A stretch of 64,000 nt of DNA from Candidatus Omnitrophota bacterium (GCA_028716565.1 JAQUPL010000001.1:211545-275544); one strand, 5' to 3'; numbered from the stretch's first letter, positions 10,767 through 21,276 are shown. The notes: a model not told the origin generated them from the sequence alone. A program made the numbers and translations.

Positions 10767-11309
10767 TTATTTTGTATATTCATTCCCTTCTGTTTCCGCG
10801 CCGACGTTTGTCTTTGGGACTTTGATCGTCATTCCGGGACGGATCTTATCGGGTGACTTAAGGACGTCTTTGTTGATGTCGTAAAGCTTTTTCCACTTCT
10901 TGGTAGTCCCGTATAGCTTCTGCGATATCTTCTGCAGCGTCTCGCCCTTTTGGACCTTATAATTGACCAGTTCTTCTTTCTTCTCTATTGAGGTGATAGG
11001 TCCTTCATCGGGCTCTGTCCCGAAATTCGTTGCAGGTTCCGGGGCCGGCGCGGATGTTTCCATTGCTTTTTTCGGCGCCCTGTTCTCCCTCTCTATTGCC
11101 GGCGTCTCTACCTGGACTTCTATATAGGTCTTTGTGGGTTTCCTCTCGCCTACAGCAGGCGCGGTTCCCATTAGATATCCCTGGTTACCCGCTGAACTTG
11201 ACAGTTCCTGGTCGACCCTCTCCCTCGTAACCATCTTTGTCGTGACCGAGCATCCGGTCAACGCCGTGATCATGACCGCCAAAGCCAAAAACACAAATAA
11301 CTTCTTCAT
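10767..11309 (-). CDS. lipoprotein with C-terminal LysM domain
   Basis: Signal peptide plus lipobox (LTGCS); LysM at the C-terminus (YKVQKGETLQKISQKLYGTTKKWKKLYDINKDVLKSPDKIRPGMTIKVP). Confidence 0.75.
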   Translation of the reverse strand: MKKLFVFLALAVMITALTGCSVTTKMVTRERVDQELSSSAGNQGYLMGTAPAVGERKPTKTYIEVQVETPAIERENRAPKKAMETSAPAPEPATNFGTEPDEGPITSIEKKEELVNYKVQKGETLQKISQKLYGTTKKWKKLYDINKDVLKSPDKIRPGMTIKVPKTNVGAETEGNEYTK

Positions 11310-11335
11310 TCCCCTCCTCCTTTATTTTTTGAGGT

Positions 11336-13123
11336 TTAGCTCCTTCGCTTAGTGGACTGCGAAGGGCTATCCTTTAGGATTAATCCCAGCTCCTTCAATT
11401 GTTTTTCCGATACGTCTGAAGGCGCGCCGGTCATGAAACAGACTGCCTTCTGTGTCTTCGGGAACGCTATCACATCCCTGATGCTTTCAGAGCCGGTCAT
11501 CATGGCTATCAGCCTGTCGAGGCCGGGAGCTATGCCGCCGTGGGGCGGTGCGCCGTACGAAAAGGCCTCGAGAAGGAAACCGAACCTCGCCTTTATTTCC
11601 TCTTCGCTAAGGCCTATCGCCTTGAATATCTTCAACTGGGTCTCCCTGTTGTGTATCCTTATCGAGCCCGAGCTTATCTCGGTGCCGTTCAATACCAAGT
11701 CATACGCCTTAGCCCTGACTTTTTCCGGATGCGTATCAATGATCCCGATGTCCTCATCATACGGCGCCGTAAAAGGATGGTGTTCCGCTTCCCATCGCTT
11801 CTCCTCGTCGTTATATTTAAACCACGGGAATTCCACGACCCAGAGGAAATCGAATTTATTTTTATCTATCGGGCCGTATTTTTTCGCGAGCGCCGTCCTG
11901 AGGTGAGCGAGGACGTCATTTACGGTCTCCTTCTTGTCGGCGACAGCCAGGATCAGATCGCCTTTCGCGGCGTCCATTTTCTTTAACATCGCCTTCACGC
12001 GCCCCTCATCGAAAAATTTCGCGATCGGGCAATCGACGGCTCCCTCCCCTGCCTTGAAATATGCGAGCCCCTTCGCCCCGAACTTAATAGCCAGCTCTGT
12101 AAGCCCGTCTATCTCGCTCCTTGAGATGTCCGCCTTGCCTTTTAAATTCAGCGCCTTTATTATCCCGCCTCCGGCGGTGACTTTTTCAAAGGTCTGGAAT
12201 TGGCTGCCCTTTAATGTATCCGTGAGGTCCGAGAGTTCCATGCCGAACCTGGTATCCGGCTTATCGGTGCCGAACCTCTCTATCGACTCGCTGTGCTTTA
12301 TCCTCGGGAACGGCGTCTTTAGCTCTACGCCTATCCCTTCTTTGAATATAGCCTTTATGAGTCGTTCGGTCAGGCCGAGGATGTCATCGACATCCACAAA
12401 AGACATCTCGATATCGAGCTGGGTGAACTCGGGCTGCCTGTCGGCCCTGAGGTCCTCGTCCCTGAAACATTTCGCGATCTGGAAATACCTGTCCATCCCC
12501 GCGACCATTAGGATCTGCTTGAATAATTGCGGCGACTGCGGCAGGGCGAAGAATTTCCCTTGGCTTAGCCTGCTAGGCACAAGGTAGTCCCTGGCGCCTT
12601 CCGGGGTGGATTTCGTCAATATCGGCGTCTCAACCTCGATAAATCCCTCCGATTCGAGAAAGTTCCTTGTTGCGTGGCAGACCTTGTGCCGTATTATCAG
12701 CTTATCGCGCGAGGACTTGCGCCTTAGGTCGACGAACCTATATGTGAACCTCATCTCCTCGGATATCTGCCCCTCGTCATCTATCTCGAACGGCGGGGTC
12801 TGCGCGGTGTTTAGTATCGTAAGTTTGGAAACGGCTATCTCGATCTCCCCGGTCTTTAATTTGGGATTCTCGGTGCCTTTTGGACGGCTCGCGACTTCTC
12901 CCTCGACCATTATGACGTATTCGCCGCGCAAAGATTCGGCCGCGTCGTGGAGTTCCTTTGATTTAGAGGGATTGAATACGATCTGGGTCAGGCCGTACCT
13001 GTCGCGCAGGTCAATGAAGATAAGGCCGCCGTGATCGCGCCTCCTGTGCACCCAACCGGCCAGGGTGACTTTATCACCGAGGTTTTTGGCTGTCAATTCA
13101 CCGCAGGTGTGCGTCCTGTACAT
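11336..13123 (-). CDS. aspS: aspartate--tRNA ligase
   Basis: 595 aa; N-terminal OB anticodon-binding domain (HTCGELTAKNLGDKVTLAGWVHRRRDHGGLIFIDLRDRYG) and class II core with the GAD insertion. Confidence 0.95.
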   Translation of the reverse strand: MYRTHTCGELTAKNLGDKVTLAGWVHRRRDHGGLIFIDLRDRYGLTQIVFNPSKSKELHDAAESLRGEYVIMVEGEVASRPKGTENPKLKTGEIEIAVSKLTILNTAQTPPFEIDDEGQISEEMRFTYRFVDLRRKSSRDKLIIRHKVCHATRNFLESEGFIEVETPILTKSTPEGARDYLVPSRLSQGKFFALPQSPQLFKQILMVAGMDRYFQIAKCFRDEDLRADRQPEFTQLDIEMSFVDVDDILGLTERLIKAIFKEGIGVELKTPFPRIKHSESIERFGTDKPDTRFGMELSDLTDTLKGSQFQTFEKVTAGGGIIKALNLKGKADISRSEIDGLTELAIKFGAKGLAYFKAGEGAVDCPIAKFFDEGRVKAMLKKMDAAKGDLILAVADKKETVNDVLAHLRTALAKKYGPIDKNKFDFLWVVEFPWFKYNDEEKRWEAEHHPFTAPYDEDIGIIDTHPEKVRAKAYDLVLNGTEISSGSIRIHNRETQLKIFKAIGLSEEEIKARFGFLLEAFSYGAPPHGGIAPGLDRLIAMMTGSESIRDVIAFPKTQKAVCFMTGAPSDVSEKQLKELGLILKDSPSQSTKRRS

Positions 13124-14389
13124 TTATTTGATGAATATCCTTTCCATTTCCGAGGCGAAGCTGCGTTCCGGTACCGCGGTCTGTTCCTTGGTCGACATGT
13201 TCCTTAAAGTTATCGTGTGGTTCTTTATCTCGTCCTCGCCTATGATAGCGACATATTTCGCGCCGAGCCTGTCCGCCGACCGCATCTGCGCCTTCAGCGA
13301 TTTGCCTTCAAAGTCCGCTTCCGCCGAGATGCCCTGCCCGCGCAAGGACATGGCGAGGGAGAATCCTAATTTATATGCCTCTTCCCCCATCGTGGCGATG
13401 TAAATATTCAAGCCCCCGTCAAGTTCCGGGATATCCTGGAGGGACATGACGGACCGTTCCATCCCGATAGCGAAACCACAGGCGCCTTTCGGCTGCCCGC
13501 CGAGGTCTGAGACAAGGTTGTCATACCTGCCGCCTGCGCCGATGGCGTCCTGGGCGCCGAGTTTTTTATGGACCACCTCAAAGGTCGTTTTGGTGTAATA
13601 GTCGAGGCCCCTTACCAGATACGGCTCTAAATTGTAATTAATCTTAAGGCCATCGAGCGCCTTCTTTACCGTCTCGAAATGCGTGCGGCAATCGGGACAG
13701 AGGTATTCCCCGGTCCCTTTGAATATCTTTTTTATCTCGCTCCTGCAGGCATCATTCTTGCAATCGAGGACGCGCAGGATATTTTTTTCGTAACGGGCCT
13801 TGCAGTCATCGCAAAGGTTATTTATGCGGCTCCCGAGCGCCTGACGCAGCCCGTTAGAGAGGGCTTCCTTGTCCTTAACGCAGCCCAGGGAGTTTATCTT
13901 GATCTCGTAGTTCCTGATATTGAAAGAATCCAGCAATGAGGCCAGCAGGGCTATCACTTCCGCATCGAGGTAAGGACTGTATGAACCTATCGCCTCAACG
14001 CCTATCTGGTGGAATTGGCGCATCCTTCCGGCCTGCGGCCTTTCTGCCCTGAACATCGGGCCCATATAGAAAAGCTTAGCGAACCCCATCTCGTTCTCAA
14101 GATTGTTCTCGAGATACGCCCTTACCACCGAAGCCGTAGCCTCGGGTCTCAGCGTAATGGAACGCTCGCCCCTGTCGAGGAAGGTGAACATCTGTTTCTC
14201 GACGATATCCGTCCCCTGTCCCAGCGATCTCACGAACAGGGCAGACTCTTCTATTACAGGCGTGCGGACCTCGCTGTAGCCGAAATGATAGAAGACGGCC
14301 CTGGCCTTCTCCTCCAGGATCGTCCATAATCTCGCATCTTTTGGCAGGAGATCTTTAGTCCCCCGCAATGCTTTTAATTGTTCTTTCAT
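13124..14389 (-). CDS. hisS: histidine--tRNA ligase
   Basis: 421 aa; KALRGTKDLLPKD N-terminus, class II motifs, and a C-terminal anticodon-binding domain. Confidence 0.93.
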   Translation of the reverse strand: MKEQLKALRGTKDLLPKDARLWTILEEKARAVFYHFGYSEVRTPVIEESALFVRSLGQGTDIVEKQMFTFLDRGERSITLRPEATASVVRAYLENNLENEMGFAKLFYMGPMFRAERPQAGRMRQFHQIGVEAIGSYSPYLDAEVIALLASLLDSFNIRNYEIKINSLGCVKDKEALSNGLRQALGSRINNLCDDCKARYEKNILRVLDCKNDACRSEIKKIFKGTGEYLCPDCRTHFETVKKALDGLKINYNLEPYLVRGLDYYTKTTFEVVHKKLGAQDAIGAGGRYDNLVSDLGGQPKGACGFAIGMERSVMSLQDIPELDGGLNIYIATMGEEAYKLGFSLAMSLRGQGISAEADFEGKSLKAQMRSADRLGAKYVAIIGEDEIKNHTITLRNMSTKEQTAVPERSFASEMERIFIK

Positions 14390-14409
14390 AAGGGGTATTT
14401 AAGGTAGGT

Positions 14410-14682
14410 TTATTTAACCTTTTGTTTCATTATGAGCCCCGGCTTGAATACCGCAACCTTCTTTGGCGGAACAGGTACGGTGACGCCGGTCCGCGGATTC
14501 CTGCCTGTCCTCCCGCGGCGGGATTTGACCTTGAATATCCCGAAATTCCTCAGTTCAACGGTTTCGGCGTTCGCCAGGGCACCTACAATGATGTCGAGGG
14601 TGCGCTGGACCACAAGCTTTACGTCCACTTGTTTAAGGCCGGATTCGTTGGCTATTTGCAGCACTATCTCCTTCTTTGTCAT
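14410..14682 (-). CDS. hup: HU/IHF family nucleoid-associated DNA-binding protein
   Basis: 90 aa; MTKKEIV...RNFGIFKVKSRRGRTGRNPRTGVTVPVPPKKVAVFKPG matches the HU arm motif. Confidence 0.9.
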   Translation of the reverse strand: MTKKEIVLQIANESGLKQVDVKLVVQRTLDIIVGALANAETVELRNFGIFKVKSRRGRTGRNPRTGVTVPVPPKKVAVFKPGLIMKQKVK

Positions 14683-14724
14683 GCTTTCCTCCTGACGTAA
14701 ATTATTATATCCATTATAGTTAGT

Positions 14725-14753
14725 AAATTATCATTTTTGGCTGGGTTTGTCAA
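14725..14753 (-). promoter_or_regulatory. putative sigma-70 promoter for the HU gene (-35 TTGACA, 17-nt spacer, -10 TAATTT)
   Basis: Minus-strand TTGACA at 14753..14748 overlaps the dnaE stop. A 17-nt spacer leads to TAATTT at 14730..14725. A strong SD (CAGGAGGAAAGC) precedes the HU ATG. Confidence 0.4.
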
Positions 14754-17700
14754 GTCTTAAACGAGACGACTCCGTCCCCTAGGAGGCCTTCTATCTCCAT
14801 GGTGAGGGAATCCGAAGGCTCTACCTTCAGTTTTTCCTCCACGGATATCTCAAACCGCTTTCCGTCGGACATCTTGAAATGGAGGTATACCGGGGCGGTG
14901 CCGGGATGGGATTCAAGGACAGACTTCAGTTTTGTCAGGGCCTGTTCGTTTATGCCCGTATCCAGGTTTATGATAAGTGCTTGTGTGTATTTCTTTTGCA
15001 GCTCTTCCAGGGGCATTATGTCGTTAGCCATTATCTTCGGCCGGTCTTCCCTGAGGCTGACCTTGCCTTTGACGCAGACTATGGCGTCCTTCCTGATAAA
15101 TCTCTCGGTATTCGCGAAAGTCTTCGGGAATACGAGGACTTCCGTCTCCCCGGTGAGGTCCTCGATGCTCATTATTGCCATTTTTTCGCTCTTTGCCTTG
15201 GTGATGGTGAACTTAAGCTTCGAGATTATCCCGCCCACGTTCACCTCCTCATCCGGCCTCCTCTTTCCCAGGTCTTTTACCTGGCAGGTGGAGTAAGCCC
15301 TGATGAGTTTCTCGTATTTCGCGAGCGGGTGGCCGGTTATATAGAAACCCAGCATCTCCTTTTCGAAAGCCAGAAGTTGGCTCTCGTGCCATTCGGGTAT
15401 CTTCGGGATCTCGTGGTGCTGCCTGCCGGGACGGCCTTTAACATGGGCGCCGAATTCCTCGAAGAACGTCGATTGCCCGCTCAGGCGCTCCTTGTGCGAG
15501 TTCGCGCCGCACTCAAGGCAGTCATCGACCTGTGTAAAGAGCTGGGACCTGTGCAATTTGAATTCGTCGAACGCCCCGCATTTAATGAGGCTTTCGAGGA
15601 CCTTCCTGTTGGTGAGCCTCAGGTCGACGCGTTCGCAGAAATCGTAGAGGTCCTTGAAATTCCCGCCGTTGTTCCTGGCTGTGACTATCGAATCGATAGC
15701 CCCCTGTCCCACGTTCTTTACCGCGCCCAGCCCGAACCTTATGCCGTCGCCGGCGACCGTGAATTTTGAGAAGCTCTCGTTTATGCTCGGCGGGAGTATC
15801 CGTATCCCCATCTTTTCCGACTCGTCTATGTAGAAGGCGACCTTGTCGATATTGTCGTGCTCCGAGGTCATCAACGCGGTCATGAATTCGACCGGGTAAT
15901 TCGCCTTGAGATAGGCGGTCCGGTAAGAGATGAGCGCGTAAGCCGTCGAGTGCGACTTGTTAAAACCGTAACCCGCGAAATATTCGATGAAGTTGAATAT
16001 CTTCTCGGCGGTCCTCTTGTCGATGCCTTTCTTAGTCGAACCCTCGAGGAACTTGGATTTCGCCTGCTCCATCTCCTCGGGGATCTTCTTTCCCATCGCG
16101 CGCCGGAGAGAATCGGCCTGTGACATCGTGAACCCGGCGAGGTCCGAGGCGATGCGCATGACCTGTTCCTGGTATACTATCGTGCCGTATGTCTCCTTGA
16201 GGATCGGCTCGAGGAGTATATGGTCGTATTTTATCGCCGCGAGGCCGTGTTTCCTTTTTATGAAATCCTCTACCATGCCCGTGCCTATGGGCCCCGGCCG
16301 GTAAAGCGCCAGTATGGCTATTATATCCTCGAAATTCGTGGGCTTGAGCTTCCTGAGGATGTCGCGCATCCCCGAGCTCTCAAGCTGGAAGATGCCGAGC
16401 GACTCCGCGTTCGAGAGTAGCTCGTACGTCTTGGGGTCGTCGAGCGGCATGTTGTTGAAATCGATCGTGACGCCCTTGGTCCTCTTGATTATCTTCACGG
16501 TCTCGTCGATGACCGTTAGCGTTCGCAGCCCGAGGAAGTCCATCTTCAGCAGGCCTATTTTTTCGAGCGACTTCATCTCGAAGCCGGTCGATATCTGGCC
16601 TTCATTCGCCTTGAACAGCGGTATATAGTCGGTCAGCGGCCGGTCCGATATCACTACGCCGGCGGCATGCGTAGACGCGTGGCGGGTCAGCCCCTCGAGT
16701 TCCGTGGATACCTCGATCAGCTGCCGTATCTGCGGGTCGCTCTTGTAGAGGTTGCGCAGTTCGGGTTCGAGTTTCAGCGCCCGCTCAAGGGTTATGTCCA
16801 ATTCCTGCGGGACGAGTTTAGCTATCCGGTCGACATCGCCGTAGCTTATGCCCATGACCCGGCCGACGTCCCTTATGACGGCGCGCGCCTGCATCGTCCC
16901 GAAAGTTATGACCTGCGCCACGTTCTCCTTGGAATATTTCTGCGTGACGTAATCGATGACCTCGCTCCTTCTCTCGTAGCAGAAGTCTATATCTATATCC
17001 GGCAGGCTCACGCGGTCCGGGTTAAGGAAACGCTCGAAGATAAGGTCGTATTTTATCGGGTCGAGGTCGGTTATCCCGAGGGAATAGCTGACGACGCTTC
17101 CCGCCGCGGAACCCCTTCCCGGGCCTACGGGTATGCCTTTCGATTTCGCGTAATTTATAAAATCCCACGCGATCAGGAAGTAGCTGGTGAAGCCGGTCTT
17201 TTTTATGATGTTGAGTTCGTGTTCGACCCTGTCCTCTATGGCCTTGTCTACGGCGGGGTAGCGCCTCTTTAGCCCGGCCTCCACGAGTTCCCTCAGGTAT
17301 TCCTCTCGGTTCTTCCCCTCGGGCGGGTCAAACTGCGGCAGGTGCGTCTTGTTAAAATCGAGCTCGAGGTTGCATTTCTCGGCTATCTCTATCGTGGAAT
17401 TTACCGCCTGGGGGACATCCTCGAACATCTCCTTGAAGTCCTCGGTTGATTTGAAATAGAATTCGTCCGTCGAGAACTTCATGTGGTCGGGGTCGTTTAA
17501 AGTCGATTGGGTCTGGATGCAGAGCAGGCCTTCGTGCGCGCGCGCAGATTTTTTCCGAAGGTAATGGACGTCGCCGGTGGCGACAAGCGGGATCTCGAGC
17601 TCTTTCGCGAGCTTCAATAACCCTGCGTTCGCGATCTCCTGTTCAGGGATCAGGTTCTTCTGGATCTCGAGATAATAATTTCCCGCTCCGAACATCTCTT

Positions 17701-18196
17701 TATACTGCGCGGCGACGAGCTTCGCCTCCTCGAACTTGCCCTTTACTATGAGGTACGGGACCTCGCCCTGGAGGCAGGCCGATTGGGCGATGAGGCCTTT
17801 GGAATATTTGGCGAGGAGTTCCTTGTCGACGCGCGGCTTGTAATAGAAACCTTCGAGATAACCGGCCGAGACGAGTTTCATCAGGTTGCGATAGCCTTCC
17901 TCGTCCTTTGCCAGGAGTATCAAGTGATACGACGCCTCTTGGTTTGCCGGAGTCGACCTGTCGAAACGCGAGCCCGGCGCGACATAGACCTCGCACCCGA
18001 TTATCGGCTTTATCCCGTTCTTCATAGCCTCGGAATAGAATTCTATCGCGCCGAACATATTGCCATGGTCGGTGATGGCCACCGCCGGCATCTTATATTC
18101 CTTGGCTAACGCGATGAGTTCAGGGATCTTGCAGGCGCCGTCAAGAAGGCTGAATTGAGTGTGGACATGAAGATGGACAAAGTGTGAATGCTGCAC
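14750..18196 (-). CDS. dnaE: DNA polymerase III alpha subunit
   Basis: 1148 aa; N-terminal PHP domain (HLHVHTQFSLLDGA), polymerase core and OB fold. GTG start preceded by GGAG. Confidence 0.95.
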   Translation of the reverse strand: MQHSHFVHLHVHTQFSLLDGACKIPELIALAKEYKMPAVAITDHGNMFGAIEFYSEAMKNGIKPIIGCEVYVAPGSRFDRSTPANQEASYHLILLAKDEEGYRNLMKLVSAGYLEGFYYKPRVDKELLAKYSKGLIAQSACLQGEVPYLIVKGKFEEAKLVAAQYKEMFGAGNYYLEIQKNLIPEQEIANAGLLKLAKELEIPLVATGDVHYLRKKSARAHEGLLCIQTQSTLNDPDHMKFSTDEFYFKSTEDFKEMFEDVPQAVNSTIEIAEKCNLELDFNKTHLPQFDPPEGKNREEYLRELVEAGLKRRYPAVDKAIEDRVEHELNIIKKTGFTSYFLIAWDFINYAKSKGIPVGPGRGSAAGSVVSYSLGITDLDPIKYDLIFERFLNPDRVSLPDIDIDFCYERRSEVIDYVTQKYSKENVAQVITFGTMQARAVIRDVGRVMGISYGDVDRIAKLVPQELDITLERALKLEPELRNLYKSDPQIRQLIEVSTELEGLTRHASTHAAGVVISDRPLTDYIPLFKANEGQISTGFEMKSLEKIGLLKMDFLGLRTLTVIDETVKIIKRTKGVTIDFNNMPLDDPKTYELLSNAESLGIFQLESSGMRDILRKLKPTNFEDIIAILALYRPGPIGTGMVEDFIKRKHGLAAIKYDHILLEPILKETYGTIVYQEQVMRIASDLAGFTMSQADSLRRAMGKKIPEEMEQAKSKFLEGSTKKGIDKRTAEKIFNFIEYFAGYGFNKSHSTAYALISYRTAYLKANYPVEFMTALMTSEHDNIDKVAFYIDESEKMGIRILPPSINESFSKFTVAGDGIRFGLGAVKNVGQGAIDSIVTARNNGGNFKDLYDFCERVDLRLTNRKVLESLIKCGAFDEFKLHRSQLFTQVDDCLECGANSHKERLSGQSTFFEEFGAHVKGRPGRQHHEIPKIPEWHESQLLAFEKEMLGFYITGHPLAKYEKLIRAYSTCQVKDLGKRRPDEEVNVGGIISKLKFTITKAKSEKMAIMSIEDLTGETEVLVFPKTFANTERFIRKDAIVCVKGKVSLREDRPKIMANDIMPLEELQKKYTQALIINLDTGINEQALTKLKSVLESHPGTAPVYLHFKMSDGKRFEISVEEKLKVEPSDSLTMEIEGLLGDGVVSFKT

Positions 18197-18224
18197 TTAT
18201 GACTCCAATAAATGAATTATTGTA

Positions 18225-18319
18225 TGAGATTTAAGTCTCGCTCGGCTTTATTTATTACTCGCAATGGCTATTATCCTGCTGCGTCATAAACCGGCTCTGC
18301 GCGAGACGTTAAATTTCAT
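18225..18319. repeat. 95-bp palindromic intergenic repeat (MITE/ERIC-like), copy 1 of 3
   Basis: Shares the termini ..ATTTAAGTCTCGC... and ...GGCTCTGCGCGAGAC(A/G)TTAAATTTCA with the copies at 21122 and 23720. The ends are inverted repeats (about 18 bp stem with one bulge) and the central ~25 bp diverges. Sits between the guaA stop and the dnaE start. Confidence 0.85.
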
Positions 18320-18335
18320 ATGATCAAATCTTTTC

Positions 18336-19880
18336 CTACTCCCATTCTATAGTAGAAGGCGGCTTGGAGCTTATGTCGTAGACGACGCGGTTGACGCCCC
18401 TCACCTCGTTTATTATCCTGTTGGAGATCTTCTCTAGCAGGTCATAAGGCAGCCGCGCCCAATCGGCGGTCATCCCGTCGGCACTCGTCACGGCCCGGAG
18501 GGCGATGACGTTCTCGTAAGTCCTCTCATCCCCCATTACTCCCACCGTCTTTATCGGGAGCAGCACGGCGAACGATTGCCATACCTCCCTGTAAAATCCC
18601 GCCTTCTTGATCTCTTCTATCACCGCGACGTCGGCCTCGCGCAAGATATTGAGGCGTTCCTTCGTGACGTCGCCTATGATCCTTATGGCCAGTCCGGGCC
18701 CGGGGAACGGCTGGCGCAAGACAATCTCGTCCGAAAGCCCCATCGCCTTCCCGACCTGCCTCACCTCGTCTTTGAATAATTCGCGCAGCGGTTCGACAAG
18801 CTTTAGTTTCATCTTCAGCGGCAGACCGCCGACATTGTGGTGCGACTTGATGGTCGCCGAAGGGCCGCCGAACGCGGACTTTGATTCGATGACGTCGGGA
18901 TACAATGTCCCCTGCGCAAGGAATCCTATCTTCCCGAGCTTCTTCGCCTCTTCTTCGAATACGCGGATGAACTCATGGCCTATTATCTTGCGTTTCTTTT
19001 CAGGGTCGACGACCCCTTTCAGTTTATTGAGGAACCGCGACTCGGCGTTCACGTATTTCAGGTTGATATGGAAATGCTTTTTGAAAGTCTTGACTACGCG
19101 TTCGGCCTCGCCCTTCCTCAGGACGCCGTTATTGATGAATATGCAAAATAGCCGCTTGCCTATCGCCTTATTGATGAGGACGGCGGCGACGGACGAATCT
19201 ACTCCGCCGGAGAGGCCGCAGACGACCTTTTCTTTTCCCGCCACATCCCTTATATTTTTGACGGTATCGTCTATGAAGGACTGCATCGTCCAATTCCCCC
19301 GGCACCTGCAGATATTACACAGAAAATTCGCGATTATCCTGCTGCCCTTGGGGGTGTGGGCGACCTCGGGATGGAACTGGACGCCGTAGAGGCGCCTTGC
19401 CTTGTCAGCTATAGAGGCAAATTCGGTATTATAGGTATGGCCGATCTTGTTGAAGCCGGGGGGCAAACGCGAGACATAATCGCCATGGCTCATCCAGCTG
19501 ATTATTTTATTATCGAGCCCGGCGCAGAGGCCCTCGAAATCATCTATAAGGAATTCGGCGTGCCCGTATTCGCGTTTCCCGGCCTTGGTAACTTTGCCGC
19601 CGAGCATATGAGCCATAGCCTGCATGCCGTAGCAGATGCCCAGGACAGGGATCCCCAGTTCGAATATCTCTTTCTTAGGTTTGGGCGCGCGGGCGCCGTA
19701 GATCGAGGCGGGGCCTCCGGAAAGGATAAGCCCTTTCGGGTTCAGTTTCCGGATCTCTTCGGCCGTGATGTCATGCGGGACTATCATGGAGAACACTTTA
19801 TTCTCCCTGACACGGCGGGCTATCAACTGGTTGTATTGCGAGCCGAAGTCTAAAACAAGGATAACCTCATGCTGCGGCAT
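18336..19880 (-). CDS. guaA: GMP synthase (glutamine-hydrolysing)
   Basis: 514 aa; class I amidotransferase N-terminus (GICYGMQ), ATP-PPase motif SGGVDSSV, and a C-terminal GMP synthase dimerisation domain. Confidence 0.95.
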   Translation of the reverse strand: MPQHEVILVLDFGSQYNQLIARRVRENKVFSMIVPHDITAEEIRKLNPKGLILSGGPASIYGARAPKPKKEIFELGIPVLGICYGMQAMAHMLGGKVTKAGKREYGHAEFLIDDFEGLCAGLDNKIISWMSHGDYVSRLPPGFNKIGHTYNTEFASIADKARRLYGVQFHPEVAHTPKGSRIIANFLCNICRCRGNWTMQSFIDDTVKNIRDVAGKEKVVCGLSGGVDSSVAAVLINKAIGKRLFCIFINNGVLRKGEAERVVKTFKKHFHINLKYVNAESRFLNKLKGVVDPEKKRKIIGHEFIRVFEEEAKKLGKIGFLAQGTLYPDVIESKSAFGGPSATIKSHHNVGGLPLKMKLKLVEPLRELFKDEVRQVGKAMGLSDEIVLRQPFPGPGLAIRIIGDVTKERLNILREADVAVIEEIKKAGFYREVWQSFAVLLPIKTVGVMGDERTYENVIALRAVTSADGMTADWARLPYDLLEKISNRIINEVRGVNRVVYDISSKPPSTIEWE

Positions 19881-21041
19881 CTATTTGCCCATTCCGACCC
19901 TTTGTACCTGTTGGAATATCTTACCTTCCGTCCTGATCGACGGGGCTATGATGATCTCTGTCTTCTGGAATTCTTTTATGCTCGAGGCTCCCACCGAACC
20001 CATCGATGTCTGTAACGCGCCCATTAAGTTCTGCGAGCCGTCGTCGAACCTCGCCGGCCCGAATAGTATCTCTTCGAGCAAACCGGTCGTTCCGACATGG
20101 ATCCTCGTGCCGCGCGGAAGGTTCGCGTGCGGCGTGGCCATTCCCCAATGGTAACCGCGCCCCGGCGCCTCTATCGCGCGGGCGAACGCCGAGCCGACCA
20201 TGACCGCGTCAGAGCCGCAGGCGAACGCCTTGCAGATATCGCCGCCTGTCCTCATACCGCCGTCTGTTATTATGGGGATGTATTTCTTGGTCTTCTTGAA
20301 AAAAGCGTCCCTTGCCGCGGCGCAATCCACAGTCGCGGTGACCTGCGGTACGCCGATGCCTAAGACGCCTCTTGTCGTGCAGGCCGCGCCGGGGCCGATG
20401 CCGACCAATATACCTGCGGCGCCTGCGGCCATCAGTTCATACGCGACCTCGTATCCGACGCAATTGCCTACGATGACGGGTATCTTCGACGCCCTGGCGA
20501 ACCTCTTGATATCCAGGGCCTGGTATTCTTTGGATATATGCTTGACCGTGCTGACCGTCGATTGTATGACGAATATGTCCGCGCCGGACTCCTGCGCGAT
20601 CTTCCCGAACCTCTCGGCGCGCTGCGGGATAGCGCTCACCGCCGCCGGGACATCTGCGTCCTTGATTTGGCGGATGCGCTTTTCGATAAGTTTTTCCTGG
20701 ATCGGTTTTGTGTAGATCGATTGGATTATTTCCGTGGCTTTTTCGGGATCGGCTTTTACGAGCTGTTCAAGGACCTCATCGGGGTCCTCGTATCTTGTCT
20801 GGACGCCCTCTAGGTTCAAGACGGCGATGCCGCCGAGCTTTCCCATGGCGATGGCGAATTTAACGTCTACCACGCCGTCCATGGCAGCTGCCAGGATCGG
20901 GACGTTGAATTTTTTTCCGTCAATTTTCCAGCTTGTGTCCACTTCGGCGGGGTTGATCGTCACTCTTCCGGGGGCTAACGCGATTTCATCGAAACCATAA
21001 CAGCGGCGGGCCTTACGTTTGATGCCTATATATTCACCCAT
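19881..21041 (-). CDS. IMP dehydrogenase family protein lacking the CBS subdomain (GuaB3-like; IMPDH or GMP reductase)
   Basis: 386 aa TIM-barrel protein with an IMPDH-type catalytic loop including the Cys (GIGPGAACTTRGVLGIGVPQ). There is no ~120-aa CBS pair. It directly abuts guaA. Confidence 0.75.
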   Translation of the reverse strand: MGEYIGIKRKARRCYGFDEIALAPGRVTINPAEVDTSWKIDGKKFNVPILAAAMDGVVDVKFAIAMGKLGGIAVLNLEGVQTRYEDPDEVLEQLVKADPEKATEIIQSIYTKPIQEKLIEKRIRQIKDADVPAAVSAIPQRAERFGKIAQESGADIFVIQSTVSTVKHISKEYQALDIKRFARASKIPVIVGNCVGYEVAYELMAAGAAGILVGIGPGAACTTRGVLGIGVPQVTATVDCAAARDAFFKKTKKYIPIITDGGMRTGGDICKAFACGSDAVMVGSAFARAIEAPGRGYHWGMATPHANLPRGTRIHVGTTGLLEEILFGPARFDDGSQNLMGALQTSMGSVGASSIKEFQKTEIIIAPSIRTEGKIFQQVQRVGMGK

Positions 21042-21071
21042 ATATCAGGAACCTCCTTGAAATAGGGTTAT

Positions 21072-21100
21072 ATGATACAAAAATCACCCGCAAAAGTCAA
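21072..21100 (-). promoter_or_regulatory. putative sigma-70 promoter for guaB-like/guaA (-35 TTGACT, 17-nt spacer, -10 TATCAT)
   Basis: Minus-strand TTGACT at 21100..21095 and TATCAT at 21077..21072. A GGAGG SD lies 9 nt before the ATG at 21041. Confidence 0.45.
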
Positions 21101-21121
21101 GGAAAAGAGCGTTCCGCTTTA

Positions 21122-21216
21122 CTGAAATTTAAGTCTCGCTTGGCCTTATTTATTACTCGCCTCAACCATTAGCAACTGCGTCATAAACCGGCTCTGCGCG
21201 AGACATTAAATTTCAG
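21122..21216. repeat. 95-bp palindromic intergenic repeat (MITE/ERIC-like), copy 2 of 3
   Basis: CTGAAATTTAAGTCTCGCTTGGCCTTATTTATTACTCGCCTCAACCATTAGCAACTGCGTCATAAACCGGCTCTGCGCGAGACATTAAATTTCAG. The 11-bp termini are perfect inverted repeats. About 97% identical to copy 3. Lies 21 bp upstream of the guaB -35. Confidence 0.9.
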
Positions 21217-21276
21217 TAAAAATAATACGCCCCTTAGCTATCAGCATAAGGGGCGTATTTGTATTCAGCAGTTGTA

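Noticed and set aside
14097-14327. 76-aa minus-strand ORF and 106-aa plus-strand ORF inside hisS
   Set aside because: Alternative frames of hisS, Arg/Gly-rich, with no independent signals.
21150-21190. Mini-ORFs inside the 95-bp repeats (ATGACGCAG...TAA on the minus strand, 10-12 codons)
   Set aside because: Length and sequence differ between copies (the central region is variable) and there is no SD. The conserved parts are the palindromic termini, not a coding frame.
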